Source: an uncultured bacterium
Lineage (GTDB): Bacteria; Latescibacterota; MWCZ01; CAZVGZ01
DNA length: 64,000 bases
Reading direction: 5' to 3'
Assembly (NCBI GenBank): GCA_964627605.1
Contig: CAZVGZ010000010.1
Coordinates: 12,788-76,787, forward strand
The position numbers and the translations under genes were made by a program. The notes under the pieces are model-generated. The model searched no databases, had not been told where the DNA came from, and worked only from the letters and a program-made list of their open reading frames with translations. Shown here in pieces: positions 19,413 through 28,866 of this stretch. The stretch's first letter is position 1; the number at the start of each line of letters is the position of its first letter.

Positions 19413-20268
19413 CTGCATAGATTTGGCTCCGCTCCATAACCCTCACAACATCCAGGGGATCAAGGCGTGCCAGAGGCTTTTGGACCATGCGCCGCAGGTA
19501 GCTGTTTTCGACATCGCGTTCCACCAGACGATGCCTCCCTACGCCTACATGTACGCCATCCCCCACGCGGTATACACCCGCCACGCGGTCAGGCGCTATG
19601 GTTTCCATGGCACCTCCCATCGCTACGTCGCAGAGCGCACCGCAACTGTCATGAAACGCCCTATAGACGAACTCAAAATCGTAACGTGTCACCTGGGCAA
19701 CGGCTGTTCGATGGCGGCGATCGACGGTGGTAAATCGGTGGTTACCAGCATGGGTTTTACCCCGTTAGAGGGGCTGGTGATGGGTACCCGCAGCGGCGAC
19801 ATCGATCCGGCGGTGATCCTTCACGTTATGGGACGCGAAGAGCTAACTCTTCACGAGGCCAACGCTCTGCTCAACAAGCATAGCGGCCTTTCTGGACTAT
19901 CGGAGGTCTCCGGCGACATGAGAGAGGTGCTCACCGAATCCGACAAGGGAAGCGAACGTGCAGAGTTAGCTGTGGAAGTCTATGCATACAGGATTCGTAA
20001 ATATATTGGGGCATACATGGCAGTTCTTGGTGGCCTCGACGCTGTGGTGTTTACCGCTGGAGTCGGGGAGAACAGCCCGATCGTCCGTGCCAAAGCTTGC
20101 CAAGGTTTGGAGCGGCTCGGAATTGAGATAGACGAAACAGCCAACAACAGCGCGACTGGCCAGGAACAGGTCATCAGCCCTGGAGGCGGATCGGTGGAGG
20201 TCTGGGTGGTCCCAACAAACGAAGAGATGGCCATCGCCCGGCAGACAGAGCAGCTCGTTGCGGATTGA
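19231..20268 (+). pseudogene. ackA: Acetate kinase fragment lacking the N-terminal ~90 aa (ATP-binding LNCGSSS motif absent)
   Basis: Strong AckA homology from EIDAVGHRVVHGGEKF through HGTSHRYV, MGFTPLEGLVMGTRSGDIDP and VVPTNEEMAIARQ. The frame is opened by a TGA at 19228-19230. The only in-frame start is a GTG at 19330. Confidence 0.7.
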
Positions 20269-20822
20269 CACCTACACACCTATTCCGGTATTCTTTGATG
20301 TTTGATGCTATGCGCTTTGAAGTCATACGTATAAAAGAGGGGCACACGCCCCTTAACTGGACCGGAGAATTGACCGGCCTCGATCTTTGTTTCGATGGCG
20401 AGTCGCCTCCAGAGCCGATCGAGTTCACCGGCGAGGTGTCTCGGCTGGGTGATCTTGTCACTGTCAGGGGCACAGTCGTTACCGAACTGGGTCGTGAGTG
20501 TGACCGCTGTTTGGGATCGGCGACGTTGAAGGTATCAGCGGAGTTTCTGGCGCTCATAAAGATCCTGCGCAGGGACGAAACGCCTGAGACGCTTCAGGAA
20601 GACGAAAACGATCCGCTGATTCCGGTGGCGTACGATACAGCACATGTGGACCTGAGTGGGCATGTCAGGGAGGCGGTCCTGCTGGCGCTTCCCATGGCCA
20701 CCTACTGCAAGTCCGACTGTTTGGGGTTGTGTCCGGTGTGTGGTGCCGATATGAATACTGAGCCGTGCGACTGCGATCGCCCGACCGATGCACGTTGGGC
20801 AGCATTAGAAGCGCTCAAGTAG
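20265..20822 (+). CDS. yceD: YceD/DUF177 family protein (large ribosomal subunit accumulation protein)
   Basis: Located immediately upstream of rpmF. C-terminal Cys cluster CxxC...CxxC...CDC typical of DUF177. Confidence 0.75.
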   Translation: MTPTHLFRYSLMFDAMRFEVIRIKEGHTPLNWTGELTGLDLCFDGESPPEPIEFTGEVSRLGDLVTVRGTVVTELGRECDRCLGSATLKVSAEFLALIKILRRDETPETLQEDENDPLIPVAYDTAHVDLSGHVREAVLLALPMATYCKSDCLGLCPVCGADMNTEPCDCDRPTDARWAALEALK

Positions 20823-20870
20823 AGTTGATGCGCCCATCTGAAAGGGCACTTTAGCGAGGGAGAGTCTGTT

Positions 20871-21053
20871 GTGGCGGTACCTAAACGAAAAACGTCCAAA
20901 TCGCGCAAAAACAAAAGGCGCACCCATTGGAAGGCGTCAACTCCGACGGTGTCAACCTGCGGTCATTGTGGTCAGCCGAAAAGAGCACACCATGTGTGCC
21001 CCAACTGCTACTACTATGGCGATCGCCAGGTGATAGCCACCGAAGAGGAGTAG
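20871..21053 (+). CDS. rpmF: 50S ribosomal protein L32
   Basis: MAVPKRKTSKSRKNKRR N-terminus, 60 aa. Confidence 0.95.
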   Translation: MAVPKRKTSKSRKNKRRTHWKASTPTVSTCGHCGQPKRAHHVCPNCYYYGDRQVIATEEE

Positions 21054-21138
21054 CAGAGCCACCGATTGCCGGTCGGTGGCGCGTAAGCACTCCGCAATAA
21101 GCGAACCCACCAATCAGTAGTAGGCGTAGGAGACGCGA

Positions 21139-22140
21139 ATGGACACCAATGATGCCCGTCGTTCGGTGATTTCTGGCGTTGGTTCGGCAGTGCCTTCAAA
21201 AGTGCTCACAAACCACGACCTTGAGGGCATGGTAGACACCACTGACGAGTGGATTATCACCCGCACCGGCATAAGAGAGCGACACATTGCCGAGAACGGC
21301 GAAACCACCGTTTCGCTTGCGTTGGAGGCATCCCAAATAGCGCTCGACGATGCTGGAATAGCGGCCAAAGACCTAGACTTCATCCTTCTTGGCACACTTA
21401 CAAACGATATCGGATTCCCGTCGTCAGCATGCCTTCTCCAGGAGGAGTTAGGCGCGTCGCACACCGCTGGCGCGATGGATTTCAACGCCGCCTGTTCAGG
21501 TTTTGTGTATGGCGTTTCGATAGCCGATGCCCTTATCAGAGCAGGGACCGCCCGCAACGTTCTGGTGGTCGGAGCTGAAACACTGTCCAAGATTGTTGAC
21601 TGGACCGACCGGAACACATGTGTGCTCTTTGGTGATGGCGCCGGTGCAGCAATAATCAGCGCAGACGAGAGCGGAAATGGTCGTGGTGTCATCGGCACCT
21701 ATATGCGCTCTGACGGTTCCAATCCAGAGATGCTGCGCAGATGGGGCGGCGGTCAGCGTAAACCCAACGGAGACGGTGATGCCGCTTCGTTCGATTTTAT
21801 CCATATGGACGGCCAGGATGTGTTTAAGCGCGCCGTGACAGCGATGGGTGATGCCGCGGAGTATATCTTGGAGCAGACGGGCTACATCGGCGACGACCTC
21901 GACCTTCTGGTCCCTCATCAAGCGAACATGAGGATCATCCAAGCGACGGCAAAGCGGATCAACCTTCCCATGGAGAAGGTCTACGTCAACCTGGAGCGGT
22001 ACGGTAACACTTCAGCAGCCACGATACCGATCTGTCTCGACGAGCTGAAGCGGGACGGGCGTTTCAATCCAGGCGAGCTGGTGATGCTGGTGGCGTTCGG
22101 TGCCGGGCTGACCTGGGGATCAGTGCTTCTTCGCGCCTGA
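21139..22140 (+). CDS. fabH: 3-oxoacyl-ACP synthase III
   Basis: 333 aa. Active-site Cys region NAACSGFVYG. HQANMRI and NTSAAT motifs. Confidence 0.95.
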   Translation: MDTNDARRSVISGVGSAVPSKVLTNHDLEGMVDTTDEWIITRTGIRERHIAENGETTVSLALEASQIALDDAGIAAKDLDFILLGTLTNDIGFPSSACLLQEELGASHTAGAMDFNAACSGFVYGVSIADALIRAGTARNVLVVGAETLSKIVDWTDRNTCVLFGDGAGAAIISADESGNGRGVIGTYMRSDGSNPEMLRRWGGGQRKPNGDGDAASFDFIHMDGQDVFKRAVTAMGDAAEYILEQTGYIGDDLDLLVPHQANMRIIQATAKRINLPMEKVYVNLERYGNTSAATIPICLDELKRDGRFNPGELVMLVAFGAGLTWGSVLLRA

Positions 22141-22149
22141 GATACCGTC

Positions 22150-23097
22150 ATGTCCAACTCCTCTCCAGCATTCCTCTGTCCAGGCCAGGCATCGCAGTCA
22201 GTGGGCATGGGTGCCGATCTCTACGAGTCGTCCTCGATAGCCCGCGAGCTGTACGATCTGGCGGACAACGCTCTGGGCTGGTCTGTCAGCAAAACCTCAT
22301 TTGAAGGCCCAGCCGAAGAGCTAAACAGAACTGAACACACCCAGCCTGCACTTTTTGTCCACAGCGTGGTCTGCGGGGCTCTGCTGAAAGAGCACGGAGT
22401 TCAGCCGACCGTCGCCGCCGGGCACAGCTTGGGGGAGTACTCAGCGCTGGCGTTGGCAGGTGTTTTTACGTTTGAAGAAGGGCTCACAGCGGTTGCCGAG
22501 CGTGGCAGGTTGATGGCCCAAGCAGGAGCAAGCTCACCAGGAGCGATGGCCGCAGTGCTTGGGGTGGACGACGATCAGGTAACTGGGGTCTGCCGCGACA
22601 TCACTGGCGAAGGCCATATTGTCGTCGCCGCCAACTTCAACTCCCCTGGACAGGTCGTTATCTCAGGGAGCATAGACGGTGTCAAGGCCGCTGCCGTAGC
22701 ATTGGCTGATATCGGGGCCAAGCGTGTCGTTCCACTGCCGGTGAGTGGCGCATTTCACTCACCTCTAATGCAGCCGGTTCAGGAGCTGTTCGCCGCGTTT
22801 TTGGCAGAGATACCGATGGCTGACGCCCAGATACCGGTCATATCCAACGTCACCGCCGAGCCGGTTCAGGACAGCGGCGAAATCAGATCGCTGCTCATCG
22901 CCCAGTTGACATTGCCGATTAGCTGGACCGCCTCAATGGCTCGCTTAGGCGGCATGGCACCGACATCGGTGTTGGAAGTTGGACCGAAAAACGTGCTTCA
23001 GGGGTTGATGAAGAGGATCAACCGCGACATCAAAGTGCAGTTGGCAGGGACCGTCGCTGCCATAAAGTCAGTATCCACACAAGGAGGTAGGCCGTGA
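22150..23097 (+). CDS. fabD: Malonyl CoA-ACP transacylase
   Basis: GQGSQ-like N-terminal motif (PGQASQSVGMG) and the GHSLGEYSAL active-site serine. Confidence 0.95.
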   Translation: MSNSSPAFLCPGQASQSVGMGADLYESSSIARELYDLADNALGWSVSKTSFEGPAEELNRTEHTQPALFVHSVVCGALLKEHGVQPTVAAGHSLGEYSALALAGVFTFEEGLTAVAERGRLMAQAGASSPGAMAAVLGVDDDQVTGVCRDITGEGHIVVAANFNSPGQVVISGSIDGVKAAAVALADIGAKRVVPLPVSGAFHSPLMQPVQELFAAFLAEIPMADAQIPVISNVTAEPVQDSGEIRSLLIAQLTLPISWTASMARLGGMAPTSVLEVGPKNVLQGLMKRINRDIKVQLAGTVAAIKSVSTQGGRP

Positions 23098-24752
23098 TCC
23101 GTCGTCACACTCTCTATCTCGCTACCGCAATGCTAAGTGTACTGGTCGTTTCGTGTGGTTTGCCCAAACCGCACCCAGGAATCGTTTCGACCCGCGATGG
23201 CACTCCGCTCGCCACAGACGTATTTCTTCCCAAAGAATCCGATATCCAACCACCGTATCCTGCCATCTTAGTGCGGACGACCTACAACAAAGACGCAGGC
23301 AGAGCTGGCGTGACGATGGCGCAGATGATCGCCAAACAATACACTGAGCGCGGCTATACCTTGGTTGTGCAGGACACGAGAGGGCGCTTTGGCTCAGCAG
23401 GCGTCGATTCTATCTTCCTTACCGATGGCGCAGGCTACTCCCGCGATGGTTACGACACCATTGAGTGGATAACCCAGCAGCCGTGGTCCGACGGTCAGGT
23501 CGGGATGTGGGGTGTGTCCGCACAGGCCATCACAAGTTATCTGGCTGCAGCCAGCGGTCACCCTGCACTCAAGTGCGCATGGGTGACGATGGGCGGCTCG
23601 AACCTGTACCACGATATCTTCTATCCAGGCGGAGTCTTTCGAAGCAGAATGGTGGACACCTGGGTTACTGGTCAGGGACGCGCTGATTTCCTGCCGTTTA
23701 TCCACTCCCACTCGTCCTACGACCGACACTGGCAAGGCGTTGACATCACGAACCACGCTTCAGGCGTCAGGACCGCATTTTATCACACAGGCGGCTGGTT
23801 TGACTGTATGAGTGTTGGGCAGACCCGTGGTTTCAAAGCGCTTCATGAGAGTGGCGGCGAAGGAGCCAAAGGCCAACAGATGTTGGTGATGGGACCCTGG
23901 TCTCACGCAGGCACCGGCCGCACTCAGGGCGAGTTGACATTTCCAGACAACAATGCGACGATAAAGCTCAACAAAGAGACGTTCGCGTGGTTCGATCATC
24001 ACCTCAAAGGCGAGACGAATACCATAGACAGCCTTCCGCCAGTGCGGTACTACCTCATGGGCGATGTTGACGACTCCACCGCGCCGGGGAACGTCTGGCT
24101 GTCCGCTGATTCGTGGCCTCCAGCAGGGGTCAAAGACAGATCATTCTTCTTTGGCGACAACGGAGGGCTTAACGAATCCGCATCGGTCTCAAAAGCGCCG
24201 GACTCTTACAGCTACGACCCGCGAAACCCGGTGCCGACATTAGGTGGTCTCAACCTGTTCCAGCCCATCGGCCCTGCGGACCTAACTTCAATAGAAACCA
24301 GGGACGATGTGGTTTCCTATACAACACCACCGCTAACTGAACCGCTCGCCGTCGTCGGTCCAGTGGGGGTCACGCTTTGGGCTTCGTCATCGGCGGAAGA
24401 CACAGATTTCATGGCGATGCTCACCGATGTCTATCCTGACGGCCGCTCAATGCTGATTTTGGACGGCCCGATACGCGCCAGGCATCGCGATTCGTTCACT
24501 GAAGAGACCCCAATGTCTCCAGGTCAAGCCTACGAGTTCGAGATAGACCTTTGGGAGACAGCGCTGGTGTTCAACAAGGGCCACCGGATTCGCGTAGACA
24601 TCACCAGCTCAAGTTCGCCGCGATTCAAAGTCAACCCGAACGCCGTAGCCGCAGGGGACACGGTTGTGGCGGTAAATACGATCTATCACGACGGCGCACG
24701 CCCATCGTCAATTACGTTCGCCGTATTGCCACCAGAAGCGACGACGCCTTGA
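23094..24752 (+). CDS. CocE/NonD family hydrolase (S15 X-Pro dipeptidyl-peptidase-like alpha/beta hydrolase with C-terminal beta-sandwich), predicted lipoprotein
   Basis: 552 aa. Lipobox LVVSCG. Nucleophile elbow GVSAQA. C-terminal PepX_C-like domain. Overlaps the fabD stop by 4 nt. Confidence 0.8.
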   Translation: MIRRHTLYLATAMLSVLVVSCGLPKPHPGIVSTRDGTPLATDVFLPKESDIQPPYPAILVRTTYNKDAGRAGVTMAQMIAKQYTERGYTLVVQDTRGRFGSAGVDSIFLTDGAGYSRDGYDTIEWITQQPWSDGQVGMWGVSAQAITSYLAAASGHPALKCAWVTMGGSNLYHDIFYPGGVFRSRMVDTWVTGQGRADFLPFIHSHSSYDRHWQGVDITNHASGVRTAFYHTGGWFDCMSVGQTRGFKALHESGGEGAKGQQMLVMGPWSHAGTGRTQGELTFPDNNATIKLNKETFAWFDHHLKGETNTIDSLPPVRYYLMGDVDDSTAPGNVWLSADSWPPAGVKDRSFFFGDNGGLNESASVSKAPDSYSYDPRNPVPTLGGLNLFQPIGPADLTSIETRDDVVSYTTPPLTEPLAVVGPVGVTLWASSSAEDTDFMAMLTDVYPDGRSMLILDGPIRARHRDSFTEETPMSPGQAYEFEIDLWETALVFNKGHRIRVDITSSSSPRFKVNPNAVAAGDTVVAVNTIYHDGARPSSITFAVLPPEATTP

Positions 24753-24839
24753 TAGTCCACCGCCAAAAACGTCTCTGTGGGGGGTGGTTCGCACGCAGCC
24801 TTTTTCTGCTGCTGCTGTCTGTGCCTTCTTGGGCATCCT

Positions 24840-25457
24840 ATGTACTACTTTCACCAGGATGGCGGCCTCGATCCGCTATTCCTTGATGCCGACGAACCGT
24901 CTGATAGCCACGTCTACGATCCGGCGGCACCGGTACCAACGGTGGGTGATCTTAACCTGTTTCTGAAAAAAGATCCATACGATCAGCGCGAATTGGAGTC
25001 GAGGGACGATGTCCTAACAAACACCATCGCTCCGCTCGAAACGCCAATAGCGGTGGCTGGGCCGATTTCAGTTAGTCTGTGGGCGTCATCATCCGCCGAA
25101 GACACGGATTACATGGCCAAACTGTGCGATGTGTATCCCGATGGCCGGTCGATGCTAATCCTGGACGCTGCTATCCGCACACGTTTTCGCGATGGTTTTC
25201 GCAGCGAGAGTTTCATGACTCCAGGCCAGAGCTACCGTTTTGACATCAAGCTAGGACATACAGCGCTGGCATTTGGAAAAGGCCACAGAGTTCGTGTGGA
25301 CATCTCAAGCAGCAATTCGCCCAGATTCCACCCCAATCCCAACACTGCGACACCGTTTCACACCGATTCTGTTGGGGTGATCGCCACTAACACGATCTAC
25401 CACGACGAGACCCGCAGATCGGCGCTCGTCTTGTCTATATTACCGCTCGACCACTAG
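24840..25457 (+). CDS. Stand-alone paralogous copy of the CocE/NonD C-terminal beta-sandwich domain (likely remnant of a tandem duplicate)
   Basis: ~60% aa identity to residues ~330-545 of the preceding gene (e.g. WASSSAEDTDYMAKLCDVYPDGRSMLILD vs WASSSAEDTDFMAMLTDVYPDGRSMLILD). Starts exactly at the domain boundary (MYYFHQDGGL vs SFFFGDNGGL). No hydrolase domain. Confidence 0.6.
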   Translation: MYYFHQDGGLDPLFLDADEPSDSHVYDPAAPVPTVGDLNLFLKKDPYDQRELESRDDVLTNTIAPLETPIAVAGPISVSLWASSSAEDTDYMAKLCDVYPDGRSMLILDAAIRTRFRDGFRSESFMTPGQSYRFDIKLGHTALAFGKGHRVRVDISSSNSPRFHPNPNTATPFHTDSVGVIATNTIYHDETRRSALVLSILPLDH

Positions 25458-25577
25458 GTTTATCCTATGGGGGGATGACAGGCAGGTCGCCCCCCGGCAT
25501 AGAGCTCGGCGCAAAAAAAATCGGCGCGCCGGGATATTTGGACGCCGGAACGACTACAACCGCTTGGGGGAGTTAGC

Positions 25578-26321
25578 ATGGATCTGACATCAAAGACCGC
25601 CATCGTCACCGGCGGGGCGCAGGGAATAGGCTGGGACTGCGTTGAAAAGCTCAGTGGCGCTGGCACCAACATCGTGATAGCCGATATCCAGGATGAGTCG
25701 GTCGGCTCAGAAGCCGCAAAAAAAGTGGTTCAGGCTGGCGGCCAAGCGATCTACGTCCAATGCAACGTCACCGACGAGGACGACGTAGGGTCGATGGTGG
25801 AAAAAGCGGTGGAGGAATTTGGGGGCTTAAGTATTTTGATCAACAACGCTGGGATCACCAGCGACACCCTCATGCTCAGAATGAAATTTGAGCAGTGGAG
25901 CCGTGTGATCGAGACCAATCTGACATCGATGTTTCTCACCACTCAGGCCGCAGTCAGACCGATGATGAAAGCCAGGTGGGGGCGGATAGTCAATATCTCG
26001 TCCATCATCGGGCGCATCGGCAATCCTGGTCAGGCCAACTACGCAGCATCCAAAGCAGGTGTCATCGGCCTTACTAAGACCACGGCGAAAGAGTTTGCTC
26101 CGAGGGGGATCACTGCCAACGCAGTGGCTCCTGGGTTCATCGCATCGCGTATGACGGACACTCTGGATGAAAAATACAAGCAGCAGCTTCTGGAGGCGAT
26201 CCCTCTAGGGCGAATCGGAGGCACTGAAGATGTCGCCAATCTGGTGAGTTTTTTGGCTTCCGAGGAGGCATCGTACATCACCGGTCAGGTCATCAACGTC
26301 GATGGCGGGATGGCAATGTAG
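25578..26321 (+). CDS. fabG: 3-oxoacyl-ACP reductase
   Basis: TGGAQGIG cofactor motif and the YAASKAG catalytic Tyr-Lys. 247 aa. Confidence 0.95.
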   Translation: MDLTSKTAIVTGGAQGIGWDCVEKLSGAGTNIVIADIQDESVGSEAAKKVVQAGGQAIYVQCNVTDEDDVGSMVEKAVEEFGGLSILINNAGITSDTLMLRMKFEQWSRVIETNLTSMFLTTQAAVRPMMKARWGRIVNISSIIGRIGNPGQANYAASKAGVIGLTKTTAKEFAPRGITANAVAPGFIASRMTDTLDEKYKQQLLEAIPLGRIGGTEDVANLVSFLASEEASYITGQVINVDGGMAM

Positions 26322-26389
26322 TCCGGCGTTCTGTTGGACGATCGACCGTACACTTAAGCCCCAAAACAGGGCTTTTTGGAGGAATCACA

Positions 26390-26632
26390 ATGGCATTGGA
26401 AGACCGCGTCAAAGAGTTGGTGATTGAGCAGCTAGGAGTGACCGAGGAGCAGGTCACCGGCACCGCTAATTTCATCGAAGACTTGGGTGCCGACTCGCTG
26501 GATACAGTCGAACTCGTCATGGCGTTTGAGGACAAGTTTGACGTCCAGATACCTGACGAAGATGCAGAAAAAATCACCACAGTGAGCGACGCGGTGACCT
26601 ATCTGGAGGGCAAAGGCGTCGAGGACAAGTAA
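26390..26632 (+). CDS. acpP: Acyl carrier protein
   Basis: DLGADSLD phosphopantetheine attachment motif. 80 aa. Confidence 0.95.
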   Translation: MALEDRVKELVIEQLGVTEEQVTGTANFIEDLGADSLDTVELVMAFEDKFDVQIPDEDAEKITTVSDAVTYLEGKGVEDK

Positions 26633-26724
26633 CCTGCCTAAATAGGGAGTTGGGCGGTGATGCAAGATCGCCCAGCTTCCTGATGTGAAAGGCAGCCGAT
26701 GGTGGCCGCCAAAGAGGAGTAGGC

Positions 26725-27963
26725 ATGGATCGGCGTGTCGTAATAACAGGTGTTGGCGTTGTTACGCCTGTGGGGACAGGTGTGCCCAAATTTTGGGAAG
26801 CTATCGTCGCCGGAAAATCAGGTATAGGCTTGGTTACGGCGTTCGATACCACCGGCTACCCCACCCAGATCGCCGGTGAGGCCCTAGATTTCGACCCCAC
26901 CGCTACCATCCCCCCCAAAGAGATACGGCGGATGGACCGGTTCGCACAGATGGCGATAACCGCCTCGCTGGAAGCGGTCGCAGACTCTGGGATCGACATC
27001 GGCAGCGCGGCTGACAGAGTTGGAGTCATCTACGGCGCGGGTATTGGCGGAATTCGCACGATTGAGGAGCAGGCTGGAGTTCTAAAAGATCGAGGCTCAG
27101 ACCGCGTCTCACCATTTATGATCCCCATGCTCATCGCTGATATGGGCGCAGGCCTGATATCGATGCGCCTCGGCGCAAAAGGCCCCAACTACGCTGTGGT
27201 CTCGGCGTGTGCAACCGGAATCCATGCCCTCAGCGACGCCGCCCATACAATCGCCAGAGGCGATGCTGACGCCATTATCACCGGTGGTGCCGAAGCTGCT
27301 GTTACAGGGCTTGGAATGAGCGGGTTCTGCTCGATGCGGGCGATGTCCACCCGCAACGATGATCCCCAGGGTGCCAGCCGACCTTTTGACTTGGGTCGCG
27401 ACGGGTTTGTCATGGGAGAAGGAGCTGGTGCTCTGCTTCTGGAGTCTCTCGATCAGGCCGAGCGCCGAGGCGCAGACATCTACGGCGAGGTGATCGGTAC
27501 AGCCGCCAGCGGCGACGCCCACCACATGAGCGCTCCAGCGCCAGGAGGCGAGGGAGCAGCTCGTTCCATGAAGGCGGCAGTTGAGAGAGCTGAAATCAAT
27601 CCTGAGGATGTGGACTACATAAACACCCACGGCACCTCGACACCGCTTGGGGACGTCGCTGAGGTTCAGGCGATAAAGACCGTATTTGGCGATAGCGCCA
27701 AATCGCTGGCGACCAACTCGACGAAGTCCATGACCGGCCACCTTTTAGGAGCCGCCGGCGCGGTTGAGTCCATCGTCTGCCTTCTGGCGATTAGGGACGG
27801 CGTCCTACCACCGACGATCAATCAGGACGATCCGGACACAGAATGCGATCTGGACACAGTGCCAAATGTTGCGCGGCAGGCGACAATCAAAACCGCTCTT
27901 AACAACGGATTTGGGTTCGGCGGGCACAACGCTACTGTCATTTTCCGTCGGTTTGACGGCTGA
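26725..27963 (+). CDS. fabF: 3-oxoacyl-ACP synthase II
   Basis: 412 aa. Active-site Cys (SACATG) and His-His region (HGTSTPLGD, GHLLGAAG). Confidence 0.95.
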   Translation: MDRRVVITGVGVVTPVGTGVPKFWEAIVAGKSGIGLVTAFDTTGYPTQIAGEALDFDPTATIPPKEIRRMDRFAQMAITASLEAVADSGIDIGSAADRVGVIYGAGIGGIRTIEEQAGVLKDRGSDRVSPFMIPMLIADMGAGLISMRLGAKGPNYAVVSACATGIHALSDAAHTIARGDADAIITGGAEAAVTGLGMSGFCSMRAMSTRNDDPQGASRPFDLGRDGFVMGEGAGALLLESLDQAERRGADIYGEVIGTAASGDAHHMSAPAPGGEGAARSMKAAVERAEINPEDVDYINTHGTSTPLGDVAEVQAIKTVFGDSAKSLATNSTKSMTGHLLGAAGAVESIVCLLAIRDGVLPPTINQDDPDTECDLDTVPNVARQATIKTALNNGFGFGGHNATVIFRRFDG

Positions 27964-28045
27964 CACGGCAGTGAGACAGATCGGGTGTCCTTTTTACGGT
28001 GGATTAGGCGAGTAGTGCAGCCTTTGGGAGCGATTACAGGGGAAA

Positions 28046-28852
28046 ATGGGACGGTTGCGACAGGTTTTAGATAGCGTATTAGGCGGTCGGCGGCTCGCCA
28101 CCAAAGACCCGTCTGTGTCAGTTTCCGAGCTCGAAGCGATCATCGGCTATCGTTTTGACGACCCGGAACTGCTTATCCGTTCGCTCAAACACCGCTCCTA
28201 CGTCTACGCCGAACAGGGTCAAGAACCGACCAACGGTGCCGACGCCAACGAACGTTTGGAGTTCTTAGGCGACGCGGTCTTGGGCCTTATAGTCACCGAA
28301 CACCTCTACCGCCGCTTCCCGTCGCAGCGCGAAGGAGCGCTCACCAAACGCAAATCTATCCTTGTCAGCAAGACTATTCTCGCAAAGCGCGCCAAATCCC
28401 TTGGCCTCGATCAGTACGTGCTTCTAAGCAAGCTGGAAGATACCGCAGGAGGGCGTCAGCGGCGATCTATTTTAGGAGACTGCTACGAAGCGTTATTAGG
28501 GGCGATCTATCTTGACGGCGGCTTGGAACCGGTGACGACGTTTCTCGAGCGCGAGTTGCTTACGGACTTGGAGTCGTTTACCGGATCGGCAACTAATCAC
28601 AAATCGGTGCTACTGGAGTGGGTACAGGCCAAAGGCCTTCCCCACCCGAAGTACGAACTGCGTGATGAGCAGGGCCCTGACCACCACAAAACGTTCGACA
28701 TCGGCGTCACGGTAGATGGCGAACAGTTGGGATCGGGCAGCGGTCGCAGCAAGAAAGAGGCACAACAGAAAGCCGCCCAGGTAGCGCTTGGGGTTTTGGC
28801 GCTGCGACCCGATGACGAGCTTTCAGAACAGCCCCAGAATCCGCCCATCTAG
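28046..28852 (+). CDS. rnc: Ribonuclease III
   Basis: ERLEFLGDAVL catalytic signature and a C-terminal dsRBD (GSGSGRSKKEAQQKAA). Confidence 0.9.
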   Translation: MGRLRQVLDSVLGGRRLATKDPSVSVSELEAIIGYRFDDPELLIRSLKHRSYVYAEQGQEPTNGADANERLEFLGDAVLGLIVTEHLYRRFPSQREGALTKRKSILVSKTILAKRAKSLGLDQYVLLSKLEDTAGGRQRRSILGDCYEALLGAIYLDGGLEPVTTFLERELLTDLESFTGSATNHKSVLLEWVQAKGLPHPKYELRDEQGPDHHKTFDIGVTVDGEQLGSGSGRSKKEAQQKAAQVALGVLALRPDDELSEQPQNPPI

Positions 28853-28866
28853 ACCGAGAGGATGAG

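Noticed and set aside
25469-25530. G6/C6 hairpin and palindromic CGGCGCGCCG followed by an A8 run after the CocE C-domain ORF, considered as an intrinsic terminator
   Set aside because: On the plus strand the hairpins are not followed by a U-run, and no minus-strand gene is upstream to terminate. Kept only as a structural note within the fab-cluster finding.
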